A DNA stretch of 64,000 nucleotides from an uncultured Rickettsiales bacterium (GCA_964518725.1 CAZFKP010000015.1:1450-65449), one strand, 5' to 3'. Shown: positions 36,831 to 46,459, counted from the first letter of the stretch. Program-made: numbers and translations. Notes: generated from the letters alone by a model not told the origin.

Positions 36831-37430
36831 TTAAGTAGCCCGAATTAGTACATAACCCCTTGGGGTGGAAATCGGTTCGATCTGCAGGGTAAAAATATGT
36901 GGCCTGTTATCTGCACCCGCCTTCATGGTAATAGGAAAGCTGCACGCACTTTCCGCTACTAGCGTCGCCGCCAGCTTTTCCCACTCACTATGGGGGACAC
37001 TCTGCATATTGCACAACGTGGCTGTATTGAGCGATGGCTGTGAAAGAAACCCGGGGAACATATCCTGAAATTGCCGGTTGAGGTAAACAATCTCACCATC
37101 GTAGCGCGCAATAAAACAGAAGCGATAATCTTTGCTGATTACCGAAGAAAAAGCAGCGTTGATAAATTCGGATGATAGCTGATTGCGATTGATAAGCTGA
37201 AGTTGCTTGCTGATAAAAAACATCATGATGCCGGAAACAAAGCAAATATAGAATCCGGTGAGCATATCGTAATACAGTACCCCGACAATCGCCAGGATCA
37301 CCACGGATAACACCATGAAGAAATGTGATAAAAGATTTGCTGGCGTATGCCTGCGAACGATAAAGCCGCTGTGTTTTACATCCAGATATTGATTTCTGTC
37401 GGCGGTGCGGAAATAGGCTTCTGACTGCAT
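36831..37430 (-). CDS. Membrane-anchored PAS-like sensor module, paralog of the N-terminus of the CckA-like ORF 55688..56710
   Basis: Colinear similarity by eye. LSSEFINAAFSSVISKDYRFCFIARYDGEIVYLNRQFQDMFPGF aligns with LVTEFQNALFASAMGLHNKFCLIIKRDGSIIYLDRSFQNLFPDF. Both end with IEPISTPRGYVLIRA / VEPIMRPSGFTMLRG. Confidence 0.55.
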   Translation of the reverse strand: MQSEAYFRTADRNQYLDVKHSGFIVRRHTPANLLSHFFMVLSVVILAIVGVLYYDMLTGFYICFVSGIMMFFISKQLQLINRNQLSSEFINAAFSSVISKDYRFCFIARYDGEIVYLNRQFQDMFPGFLSQPSLNTATLCNMQSVPHSEWEKLAATLVAESACSFPITMKAGADNRPHIFTLQIEPISTPRGYVLIRAT

Positions 37431-37502
37431 GATGCGCCTCGCTGTGTGAGATTATATTGTGTCTCAATTATAATGTTGACTGATTAATATATCATTAAGT
37501 GG

Positions 37503-38363
37503 TCACCCTAAGAATCTTGATTTATCAGCAGGATAGACCCCAAGAACTGTCACCTTTTTACAATAAAAACTCAATTCTTCCAATGCGCGCTGTACATTTC
37601 TTTCTTGTGGGTGCCCCTCGAAACTCAGGAAGAACTGCGCGGCTTCATTCTTCATTCCGCCGGGTATATAGCTTTCAAGCTTCACCACATTCACCCCGTT
37701 AGTTGCGAAACCGCCAAGGGATTTATACAGTGCCGCTGGGATATTGCGGATGGTGTAAAGCAAGGTGGTAATCACCTTTTCTTTCGTTGGGTCGGGATCC
37801 ACCGGCTCGCGTGCGATGATGACGAAGACGGTGGTGTTGTCATCCGAATCCTGCAAATGTTCTTTCAACACCGTAAGCCCGTATAGTTCAGCCGCCAGCG
37901 GCGACGCAATGGCGGCCTTGCTGGTGTCGTTCCATGTAGCGACATCCTTGGCGGCGGTCGCCGTGTTGGAATAGGTGTGGGTAGAGATTTTCATCTCGCG
38001 TAGATGTTCCCGACATTGCATCAGCGCCTGTGGATGTGAATAGACATCCTTGACGGATGCAAGCGTCGCTCCCTTCGGCGCCATCAACTGGTGCTCGATA
38101 TGCTGGTAGAATTCGCCAACAATGTGGAGGTTGGTGCGCGGGATGAGGTTATGGATCTCAGCCACTCTGCCCGCCTGGGAATTTTCAATCGGGATCATGC
38201 CAAGGCGTGCCCTGCCAGTGGCCACGGCATCGAACACATCCTCGAAGCTGGGGCACGCCAGCGTCTGCATGTAAGGCTGCGTCTGGCGGCAAGCCAGGTC
38301 GGCATTGGCGCCTTCAACGCCCATGAAGGCGATGGTGTTGGCAGGATCGAGGGTGGTGGTCAT
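37503..38363 (-). CDS. pheA: Prephenate dehydratase
   Basis: 286 aa with a PDT domain (IAFMGVEGANADLA...IPIENSQAGRV) and a C-terminal ACT domain. Confidence 0.85.
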   Translation of the reverse strand: MTTTLDPANTIAFMGVEGANADLACRQTQPYMQTLACPSFEDVFDAVATGRARLGMIPIENSQAGRVAEIHNLIPRTNLHIVGEFYQHIEHQLMAPKGATLASVKDVYSHPQALMQCREHLREMKISTHTYSNTATAAKDVATWNDTSKAAIASPLAAELYGLTVLKEHLQDSDDNTTVFVIIAREPVDPDPTKEKVITTLLYTIRNIPAALYKSLGGFATNGVNVVKLESYIPGGMKNEAAQFFLSFEGHPQERNVQRALEELSFYCKKVTVLGVYPADKSRFLG

Positions 38364-38399
38364 ATAATGTACTTTTTATCTCAACAGTGGTTGGCGTTT

Positions 38400-38786
38400 T
38401 TATTTTCTAGTAGGGGTGTCACCCGGCACTTCTTGTCTGACTTCTTCAACAAAATCCTCCCATGTTTGGTGATTTGCCCCATCCACCGTTGGGTATTTAA
38501 GGTGTCCCCCGACAAGGTCATTACCAGGCGGCGTGTAAGGTTCGATAGGTCCATAGAGGAATTCCCCTTCCGTTCCACTAATTTTGCTGCCAAGCGCATC
38601 GAGGTCATCCGGGTTATAGCGCCATCTGCCGCGATCGCTGAATCGACGAATATGCCCCTCTTCACTCAGACGTTCTAGTGTTTTGCCACTTATTCCCAGA
38701 TACCTCGCGGCATCTTCCGTTTCACGATAGTGTTTTCCTGGAGGGGGAGTTTGATCCAACCAATTATGATTTTTATCTTTGCTCAT
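38400..38786 (-). CDS. Helix-turn-helix (excisionase/MerR-like) DNA-binding protein
   Basis: TEDAARYLGISGKTLERLSEEGHI is an HTH_17-like motif. AGGGG lies 6 nt before ATG 38786. The C-terminal half is unassigned. Confidence 0.45.
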   Translation of the reverse strand: MSKDKNHNWLDQTPPPGKHYRETEDAARYLGISGKTLERLSEEGHIRRFSDRGRWRYNPDDLDALGSKISGTEGEFLYGPIEPYTPPGNDLVGGHLKYPTVDGANHQTWEDFVEEVRQEVPGDTPTRK

Positions 38787-38898
38787 ATTTACCCCTACAA
38801 AACGCAGCATTTGCTTGATTTTTTCAGCCGACATACTTATCTATATGGTTCTAAAAAACAAGCAATTTTGCACAAAAATGTGAAAGAATGAAGGCTCA

Positions 38899-40245
38899 AT
38901 GCAGACGAACTGGACCACCGAAAGCTGGAGAAACTTCCCGATTAAACAACAGCCTAGCTATAGTAACCGTGAGGCGCTGGCCTCGGTTGAGGGGCAGCTT
39001 AAAATACTCCCTTCACTTGCCTCCCCCAATGAAGCACGGGCGCTGAAAGCCGAACTGGCGGATGTGGCATTGGGCAAGGCTTTTCTGCTACAAGGCGGTG
39101 ATTGCGCTGAAAGTTTTGCGGAATTCTCCGAAGAAAACCTGAAGCGCTATTTCCGGGTCATGCTGCAAATGACCATGGCGCTGATGTATGGCTCCGGCAC
39201 GCCGGTAGTCAAAGTCGGGCGCATCGCCGGGCAATTTTCTAAACCACGCAGCGAAAACACCGAAAAGAAAGACGGCATTGAATTGCCTGCCTACCGTGGC
39301 GACATGGTCAACGGCATGGGCTTTGATGATGTTACACGCTTGCCTGACCCGGAGCGCCTGCTGAAGGTGTACTACCAGAGTGCCGCCACTCTCAATTTCC
39401 TGCGTACCCTCGCTCGCGGTGGTTACGCCTCCCTCTCCCGCATCAACCGCTGGAACATGGAATTCGCCCAAAGCTCGGCGCAAGGTAAGCGCTTCGAGGA
39501 ACTGATCGAGCGCATCAATGAATGCATCGGCTTCATCCGCGCCTGCCGCCTGCCGATCGACGAAGTGGAACAATTTTCTGAAGCCAGCTTTTATACCTCG
39601 CACGAAGCGCTGCTGCTAGGTTACGAATCCTCCCTCACCCGGCTCGACAAGGCTGAGGGGAAATATTACGCCGGCAGCGCGCATATGCTCTGGATTGGTG
39701 ATCGTACACGCGCACCGGATGAAGCGCATGTGGAATTCCTGCGCGGCGTGGCCAATCCGATTGCGTTTAAAGTCGGCCCCAGTATGACCAAGGACGGGCT
39801 GCTAAAACTCATCGACATCCTCAACCCGGAAAACGAGCCGGGGCGCCTGACCCTTATTTCCCGCATGGGTACAGCGAAAGTGGGTGAATTACTGCCGCCG
39901 CTGATCCGCGCCGTAAAAGAAGCCGGTAAAACCGTCGTCTGGTCTTGTGATCCGATGCATGGCAACACTATCAAATCCCCCAGCGGCATCAAAACCCGCA
40001 AATTCACCGACATCCTCTCCGAGGTGCGGCAATTCTTCGCCATCCACAAGGCGGAAGGCACCTTCGGTGGCGGCGTACATTTTGAAATGACCGGGCAGGA
40101 TGTCACCGAGTGCCTCGGGGGTGCACAGGCAATTTCTGAAATTAATTTGAGTGACCGCTACCACACGCATTGCGACCCGCGCCTCAACGGCTCGCAGGCG
40201 CTGGAGTTGGCATTCCTGATTGCCGAGACGCTGAAGAAGTCATAG
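38899..40245 (+). CDS. 3-deoxy-7-phosphoheptulonate (DAHP) synthase, class II
   Basis: 448 aa, WRNFPIKQQPSY...FLLQGGDCAESF...KVGRIAGQFSKPRS, typical of plant-like class II enzymes. Confidence 0.9.
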   Translation: MQTNWTTESWRNFPIKQQPSYSNREALASVEGQLKILPSLASPNEARALKAELADVALGKAFLLQGGDCAESFAEFSEENLKRYFRVMLQMTMALMYGSGTPVVKVGRIAGQFSKPRSENTEKKDGIELPAYRGDMVNGMGFDDVTRLPDPERLLKVYYQSAATLNFLRTLARGGYASLSRINRWNMEFAQSSAQGKRFEELIERINECIGFIRACRLPIDEVEQFSEASFYTSHEALLLGYESSLTRLDKAEGKYYAGSAHMLWIGDRTRAPDEAHVEFLRGVANPIAFKVGPSMTKDGLLKLIDILNPENEPGRLTLISRMGTAKVGELLPPLIRAVKEAGKTVVWSCDPMHGNTIKSPSGIKTRKFTDILSEVRQFFAIHKAEGTFGGGVHFEMTGQDVTECLGGAQAISEINLSDRYHTHCDPRLNGSQALELAFLIAETLKKS

Positions 40246-40246
40246 C

Positions 40247-40861
40247 TTAGTGAGCGCCGCCGTTCGGTGAGGTGGCAATGGTTTTCAGCACCTCGTAATG
40301 CTTGTTCAGCATACTGCGGCCAGCGCCGGAAATAACACTGCGCTCCAAGTGCTGGATGGTGGTTTTTGCCTGATCGAGTTCCATCTTCAGGTAGGTTCGC
40401 ATATTCTCCAAATCCTGCAGCATGAAATAACGCTCCAGGTGCACCCGTACGCGCAAGGCAACCTCTTCAAGATCGAGCGGCTTGTTGAGGAAATCATCCG
40501 CACCGCATGTCAGTGCCCGCAATTTAGTGTCACGGTCTTCCAAAGCTGTCTGGACGATGATCGGCATATGGGCAGCATTGGCGTCGCCGCGAATCTGCTC
40601 GCAATAACCAAACCCATCCAGATTCGGCATCATAATATCAAGCAACACCAGATCCGGCATCTGACGATAGGTTTTTTTCAGCGCATCCACGCCATCCACC
40701 GCAGTTTCTAGGTTGTTGTACCCGGAAGCCGTCAATACCGAACAGATAAGCTTGACGTTAAATGGCGCATCGTCAACAACCAGAATGCGAGCCCCTGCAA
40801 AGCGTAAGGCAGGAAACATCTTTGATTTTGTACCAACAATCGGAAAAACTGAGTCGCTCAT
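40247..40861 (-). CDS. Response regulator (receiver domain plus coiled-coil tail)
   Basis: ILVVDDAPFN...DLVLLDIMMPNLDG...FLNKPLD. No recognisable output domain. Confidence 0.75.
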   Translation of the reverse strand: MSDSVFPIVGTKSKMFPALRFAGARILVVDDAPFNVKLICSVLTASGYNNLETAVDGVDALKKTYRQMPDLVLLDIMMPNLDGFGYCEQIRGDANAAHMPIIVQTALEDRDTKLRALTCGADDFLNKPLDLEEVALRVRVHLERYFMLQDLENMRTYLKMELDQAKTTIQHLERSVISGAGRSMLNKHYEVLKTIATSPNGGAH

Positions 40862-40912
40862 TCATATCCCCCATGGATAAAAGCGTTGTCATCTTATAAT
40901 AATTAACCATGG

Positions 40913-40927
40913 TTAATTTAAACTTAA
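40913..40927. promoter_or_regulatory. TTAA-N7-TTAA (CtrA-box core) in an AT-rich divergent intergenic region
   Basis: TTAATTTAAACTTAA at 40913..40927. The adjacent perfect palindrome TTAACCATGGTTAA lies at 40903..40916. Chance occurrence in AT-rich DNA is not excluded. Confidence 0.25.
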
Positions 40928-41075
40928 TTTTTACATCATTTAGTTAAATAAAATAAACTTATTATATTCCGTGGGTTGCAAAAATAATGTAACGCCTATA
41001 CTTCTGAATAAGGCTTGACCCACCCCCCACAAAAAACTATCTCCTGAACTTCAATATTTGTCGGAGGAACAAACT

Positions 41076-41369
41076 ATGGCTAAAAAACCAAACAGGGTTG
41101 GCGGGGTCGCCGTTGACCAACTAAAATCCATCATCGGCCGCGTAGAGAAGCTGGAAGAAGAAAAATCCGGCATTGCCGCCGACATCCGCGACGTGTTTGC
41201 TGAAGCCAAGGGCAGCGGTTTTGATACCAAAGCCATCCGCCAGATTATCAAGCTCCGCAAACTCGATGCATCAGAAATCGAGGAGCAGGAAACCATCCTC
41301 GACACCTACCGCCGTGCGCTGGGCATGTTACCAGAGATGGATGAAGAAGACGAGTTTGAAGCCGCCTGA
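41076..41369 (+). CDS. gapR: GapR-like nucleoid-associated protein (DUF2312)
   Basis: GGAGG lies 8 nt before ATG 41076. QLKSIIGRVEKLEEEKSGIAADIRDVFAEAKGSGFDTKAIRQIIKLRK parallels Caulobacter GapR. Confidence 0.8.
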   Translation: MAKKPNRVGGVAVDQLKSIIGRVEKLEEEKSGIAADIRDVFAEAKGSGFDTKAIRQIIKLRKLDASEIEEQETILDTYRRALGMLPEMDEEDEFEAA

Positions 41370-42127
41370 TTCCTTAATTCAATATATTTTGCAATCCGGA
41401 TAAAACGGCCATAGGCATAGACCATGGAATAAGTAAATCCGCGCCAGCCACGCAATATGTATAGCCTGAGGATGTAAGGTTTGAAAAACACCACCGGCAC
41501 CTCGAACACCAGCCGCGTGCGGGCAAAGGCCATAGGTTTTTTCTGCATTTCCACAGCCTGGGCGGTAGAATAGTTGTTGAGCTTATCCAGCATATGGGCA
41601 AGCGAACGGAACGATTTATGCAGCACCGGATGCTGCAACAGCCCTGTTTCCCCTTCCCTCACCATCACCGTATCATGCACCGGGCTATCCGAAAATCGCG
41701 CTTTGTTTTTATCATAAAGCCTGAGGCAGTGATTAGTGTGGGCGAATGGCGCCAGCTTTCTTTCGCCCGGCAGCAAATCCCTTACCTTGAGGAAAAATCC
41801 TGTGAGTAACGGTGTGCCGTGCGAAAAAAGCGCGGCGATTTCGACGGCAAGCTCCGGCGTGACCACCTCGTCGGCATCAAGGTTCAGCAGCCAGTCATTC
41901 TTGCACTGCTCTTCACCAAAACGTTTTTGCAGGCCGTAGCCTTGCCACTCGTGCGAAAATACGCGGGCGCCGAGTGACTCCGATACCCGCACAGTCTCAT
42001 CACTGCTGCCGCTATCAACCACAATAATTTCCGACACCCAATCTTTCACACTCTTGATGGTGAACCCGATCCGATCCGCCTCATTGCGGGCGATGATGAA
42101 GCATGAGACGGGCAGGCGGTTAGTCAT
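41306..42127 (-). CDS. Family 2 glycosyltransferase (LPS core-type)
   Basis: VSCFIIARNEADRIG...IIVVDSGSSDET...LNLDADE. The 3' end overlaps gapR by 64 nt in convergent orientation. Confidence 0.75.
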   Translation of the reverse strand: MTNRLPVSCFIIARNEADRIGFTIKSVKDWVSEIIVVDSGSSDETVRVSESLGARVFSHEWQGYGLQKRFGEEQCKNDWLLNLDADEVVTPELAVEIAALFSHGTPLLTGFFLKVRDLLPGERKLAPFAHTNHCLRLYDKNKARFSDSPVHDTVMVREGETGLLQHPVLHKSFRSLAHMLDKLNNYSTAQAVEMQKKPMAFARTRLVFEVPVVFFKPYILRLYILRGWRGFTYSMVYAYGRFIRIAKYIELRNQAASNSSSSSISGNMPSARR

Positions 42128-43346
42128 GGGATGTCCGCTTGTCCCGCAGGTTGACAGCCATCAGCATGCCAATCGGCATCCAGAAAATAATCCAGAACGG
42201 CCCGGCATTACGAATGACGCGGTTTTGATCCGTGATACCCACGCAAAGCGCGTGCAACAAGAGTGCAGTAGCAAGAAAATACATATATTTCCCCTTATTG
42301 TCTTGAGGGGGAGAGCGATAAATACTCAGGCATAAAACGGTAAACAGGTAGAGTGCAGCCGGAATACCTGCATAAAACGCCGTTGAAAGATAGATATTAT
42401 GCGGGTTGTCCCTATTCTGCGCCCCGATTTCTGCCGGTGTTTCCAGATTGGCGCTCCACCCATAACCAAACCATGGGTGAGCAATAATTTTCTCAAGCGT
42501 TTGTTTCCATATCTCGATTCTAAATGACAGCCCACGAGCAAGCATACGGTCATAACGCTGCATCAGCATGTCGTGAATGGTCGGATTATAGATCGATACG
42601 CACACAATAACCGCGAGCAGGATAATAGAAATCAACAGGGTTTTCTTTGATTTTACGGCGCTGATGGCCAGCCAGCCAAACGCAACCAACAAATACATAA
42701 TCGTGCTAACCCGGGTTTCCATCAAAATCAGCATGTAACCGATCAAACAAAACACCATCACATAGAACGGTTTTAGTTTTTTGGTTGTAGTCGTTTCATA
42801 AAGATACAGAATAATCATCGCCGCCATTGTGTACATGTAGGCTGCAACGGTCGGGATATTGGCGCGACCAATCGGGATAAGCCGCAAATTCTGGTATTTT
42901 CCATGATAATTGTACAGGATAAGCGATACGATCGCGCACGCCAACACAGCCAACACCAAGAAATTAAAGAACCGGACGAGATGTTTTTCTTCGATGTATG
43001 CAAAATAGATAATGGTGCCGATCAGGAAGGCGACAATCGCCAGTACATGGTTGATCGTTTTCGCAAATTGTACCGCGCCGTCATTAATAAAAATGGCGTG
43101 GATCATGACGTAAATAAAAAAGACAGAATAAGCACGCAAAAGCGGCTGGCGCGCAATGACCGTAATGCGATCCTTGTGCTGAAATCCATAGTACAGCGAA
43201 GCTGGCAAAAGAAGCCCATAAAATGCGAGCGTAGTAAAAAATCCACCCGTTACGGTATATTGCACCAGGATAAACAGTTCATAGGCAATAAAAAAAAGCG
43301 GTAGCTTCAGATGCTCTCTTACTTTACTTTGCAGTGATTCTGGCAT
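42120..43346 (-). CDS. O-antigen ligase (WaaL/Wzy_C)-like polytopic membrane protein
   Basis: 408 aa with about 10-12 TM segments and a large loop before the last helices. It sits between two glycosyltransferase genes. Confidence 0.5.
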   Translation of the reverse strand: MPESLQSKVREHLKLPLFFIAYELFILVQYTVTGGFFTTLAFYGLLLPASLYYGFQHKDRITVIARQPLLRAYSVFFIYVMIHAIFINDGAVQFAKTINHVLAIVAFLIGTIIYFAYIEEKHLVRFFNFLVLAVLACAIVSLILYNYHGKYQNLRLIPIGRANIPTVAAYMYTMAAMIILYLYETTTTKKLKPFYVMVFCLIGYMLILMETRVSTIMYLLVAFGWLAISAVKSKKTLLISIILLAVIVCVSIYNPTIHDMLMQRYDRMLARGLSFRIEIWKQTLEKIIAHPWFGYGWSANLETPAEIGAQNRDNPHNIYLSTAFYAGIPAALYLFTVLCLSIYRSPPQDNKGKYMYFLATALLLHALCVGITDQNRVIRNAGPFWIIFWMPIGMLMAVNLRDKRTSHD

Positions 43347-43454
43347 GGCGTAAAATATCTATAAGCGTTGTGGGAACAAAGGCATTTTTAGCAGATTGGC
43401 AATGAAGAATATACAGCACTTTCAACCAATACAATTACAACGGAAATAAATCCA

Positions 43455-44495
43455 ATGCATATTGTAAATGTTATGTTGGCCAAAGGCGGCGGCGGCATCG
43501 AGCAGGCGGTATTGGATTATTGCGAAGGCCTGCGCGGCCTTGGCCACCGCGTAACCGCCATCGTCTATCCCGGCTCATGGGCAGAGAGCCAATTGCAAGG
43601 TCGTGAGATTTCAACTGTGGCGCTGCGTAATTTCGGCGAATATGATCCGTTTGCCCGGCTACGCATGAAGCGTGCGTTGCTGGAATTGGCTCCCGATGTT
43701 GTGATTACACATGCCAACCGCGCCACGGGAATCTGCCTGCGCGCACTCAAGAAACGCCCATTCCCGTTGGTAGGTGTGGTGCATAATTATTCTACCCGGC
43801 GCTACAATGCCATGGATGCCGTGTTTACCACGACCTACGACCTCATCGCCACACTGGTTGGGCAAGGCATTCCTGAGGAGCGAATTTTCCATATTCCAAA
43901 TATGGTCAAGGTGAGCGAATTGCCGCTGCGCCAACCGCGCCGTAGCCCACCGGTGATCGGCGCCATGGGGCGTTTTGTGAAGAAAAAAGGATTTGATGTT
44001 TACATCGAAGCGCTGGCGCTGCTGAAGGCGCGGGGGTTTATCTTTAAGGCCGTCCTCGGCGGCACAGGCGAAGAAGATGCCGCCCTGCGCGCGCTCGCGG
44101 TGGCCAAAGGACTTGGCACACAGCTCACTTTTTCCGGCTGGGTGGATGACCGCAGGAAATTTTATACTGGCATTGATATTTTCTGCCTGCCTTCATTGCA
44201 TGAGCCGTTCGGCATTGTGTTGCTGGAGGCATTCGCCCATGGTGCGCCGATCATTTCAACCGATAGCGAAGGACCGAAAGATATCATCACCCCCAATTAT
44301 GACGCCATCCTGGTGGCAAAAGGGGATGCCGAGCAGCTCGCCCGCGCCATGGAGCAGTTGCTGAAAGACGCCCCCCTGTGCGACAAGCTGGCTGCGAACG
44401 GCTTTGCCAAGGTAAAAACGCGATACAGCCTCGATGTGGTTTCCACCCAGATTGAAACCGCCCTAACCCAGATCATTCGCTACCATAGAGTATAA
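43455..44495 (+). CDS. Family 4 (GT-B) glycosyltransferase
   Basis: GGGGIEQAV N-terminus and the EPFGIVLLEAFAHGAPIISTDSEGPKDI E-x7-E motif. Confidence 0.8.
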   Translation: MHIVNVMLAKGGGGIEQAVLDYCEGLRGLGHRVTAIVYPGSWAESQLQGREISTVALRNFGEYDPFARLRMKRALLELAPDVVITHANRATGICLRALKKRPFPLVGVVHNYSTRRYNAMDAVFTTTYDLIATLVGQGIPEERIFHIPNMVKVSELPLRQPRRSPPVIGAMGRFVKKKGFDVYIEALALLKARGFIFKAVLGGTGEEDAALRALAVAKGLGTQLTFSGWVDDRRKFYTGIDIFCLPSLHEPFGIVLLEAFAHGAPIISTDSEGPKDIITPNYDAILVAKGDAEQLARAMEQLLKDAPLCDKLAANGFAKVKTRYSLDVVSTQIETALTQIIRYHRV

Positions 44496-44548
44496 CCTAT
44501 TATTATATAATAATTATCACAAATATTAATCCTGTTATTAGGTATAAT

Positions 44549-46459
44549 TTAATGCGCCCTGAGATCACTTGCCGAGTGGTTCATGTCCGTTTCTATCCCT
44601 TTCCCCAGGCTGAACCTGAGTGCATTGGCGATGGCGAGCAGGTCGATACATTCCTGAAACAATGCGGCTTGCACCGGGCTGATATACCCAGCCGCTGCAA
44701 AGCACATACCGATAAGCGACAGCACGATCCCACCCACGGCGCTCTGTAGGGCGATGCGGCGCAGCCTGATACTGATGTGCAACAACTCGTCAACCTTGGT
44801 GAGTGAGTTCTCCATGATGACCACGCCTGCTGCCTCAGCAGTAACACTGCTGTGTTGACCGAAAGCAATGCCGACAGTGGCGGAGGCCAGTGCAGGCGCA
44901 TCGTTAATACCGTCCCCCATAAACAATGTGGGGGCTTTTGCCGTTTCCCCTCGCACTATCGCCACTTTCTGCTCGGGATTTTGTGAGGCCAGCGTTTCTT
45001 CAATATCAAGCAACTTGGCAAGGTAGGTGACCTCCGATTCGCGGTCACCAGATACCAGCATCACCTTGTTGAACTGGTGGGAAGGCGCAAGATGGCCAAT
45101 GAAGGATTTCCCATCGGCGCGTGGCGCATCGCGGAAACGAAACGTCGCGGCATAGGTGCCATCCATCATGATAATACACTCCAGCCCCGCGGCCGTCGGC
45201 GGCAACATCGCGGCAATGTCTGGACTGGTTTGTAAAAGCTTCCTGCGATGGGTAACGCGAACTTCGTGCGTATCCACTACGCCGGTAAGCCCCTGCCCTG
45301 GCTTTTCCGAAATGCTTTCTGCATTAATCAAAGGTAGTTTTGCCGCAGCAGCAGCCTGCAAGATCGCACTTGCTAAGGGGTGTTTTGAATAGGATTCAAG
45401 GCTCGCCGTGCGTTGCAGGATTTTGTTTTTATCCATCCCATCGGCAGGTAGAATTTCGATAAGCTCAGGTTTGCCATAGGTCAGCGTTCCGGTTTTATCA
45501 AAGATCGCCGTGCGGCACGTAGGCAGCCGTTCCAATACCGCAGGATCCTTGATGATGATGCCCAGCCTCGCCGCCATCGAAATAGCACCAATGATGGTCA
45601 CGGGAATCGCAATAATCAGCGGACACGGCGTGGCAATCATCAGCACCGAAAGAAAGCGCAGCGCATCCCCCGTCACAATCCACACCGCCCCCGACGCGAT
45701 AAGCGCAAAGAGCGCAAATGCTCCCCCCAGCTGATCGCCCAAACGCCTGAGTCGCGGGCGCTTCTGCTCTGCCTCCTGCATAACGCCCATGATTTGTGCA
45801 TAACGCGAATCATGCGCGAGTTTTTCAGCCCGGATGGTAAGCACCGCATCGCCATTTATCGCCCCAGAAAGTACTGCCGCACCGGGGGCTTTCGAAACAC
45901 GGTAAGGCTCACCTGTGAGATACGATTCGTCCATCGAGCCATGCCCCTCGATCACGTTGCCATCCACCGGCGCAGTTTCATGCGGAAAGACCACGATTTC
46001 ATCGCCAATGCTAATATCGGCGAGGGCAATTTCCTCTATCTTCCCGGCGCGTCTGCGATGGGCTGACGATGGCATGCGATCCGACAACGCACGCAGTGCC
46101 GAGGAAGCCTTCCGCAGCGCATACATCTCCAGCGCCTGCCCTCCCGAAAGCATAATAATAATGAGAACAGCCGCCAGATGCTGACCAAGCAATGTCGCTG
46201 CTAGCAACGTGATGACACCCAGAAAATCGGCGCCAACATCGCCCTTTGAAAGTTTACTAATAATCTGCACCAGTAGCGGTATACCGCCCAAAACAATCAC
46301 CATCAGCAAGGGGGTATCTGCCGCCGCGATATTGGCGATATCGGGTAGGTTTGCCTCACCGAGTGTAAAATAGAGCCCAATCGAGGCAAGGCTCGCAACC
46401 ACTAGCCGGATATGCCAGCGGGAGGCAGACGGAAGCGATTGATGCAATTCATTATCCAT
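44549..46459 (-). CDS. P1B-type heavy-metal ATPase with a TPCP transmembrane motif and no N-terminal metal-binding domain
   Basis: DKTGTLT, GDGINDAPAL and TGEP are present, with MIATPCPLIIAIP in the TM region. No GMxCxxC HMA domain. Confidence 0.8.
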   Translation of the reverse strand: MDNELHQSLPSASRWHIRLVVASLASIGLYFTLGEANLPDIANIAAADTPLLMVIVLGGIPLLVQIISKLSKGDVGADFLGVITLLAATLLGQHLAAVLIIIMLSGGQALEMYALRKASSALRALSDRMPSSAHRRRAGKIEEIALADISIGDEIVVFPHETAPVDGNVIEGHGSMDESYLTGEPYRVSKAPGAAVLSGAINGDAVLTIRAEKLAHDSRYAQIMGVMQEAEQKRPRLRRLGDQLGGAFALFALIASGAVWIVTGDALRFLSVLMIATPCPLIIAIPVTIIGAISMAARLGIIIKDPAVLERLPTCRTAIFDKTGTLTYGKPELIEILPADGMDKNKILQRTASLESYSKHPLASAILQAAAAAKLPLINAESISEKPGQGLTGVVDTHEVRVTHRRKLLQTSPDIAAMLPPTAAGLECIIMMDGTYAATFRFRDAPRADGKSFIGHLAPSHQFNKVMLVSGDRESEVTYLAKLLDIEETLASQNPEQKVAIVRGETAKAPTLFMGDGINDAPALASATVGIAFGQHSSVTAEAAGVVIMENSLTKVDELLHISIRLRRIALQSAVGGIVLSLIGMCFAAAGYISPVQAALFQECIDLLAIANALRFSLGKGIETDMNHSASDLRAH

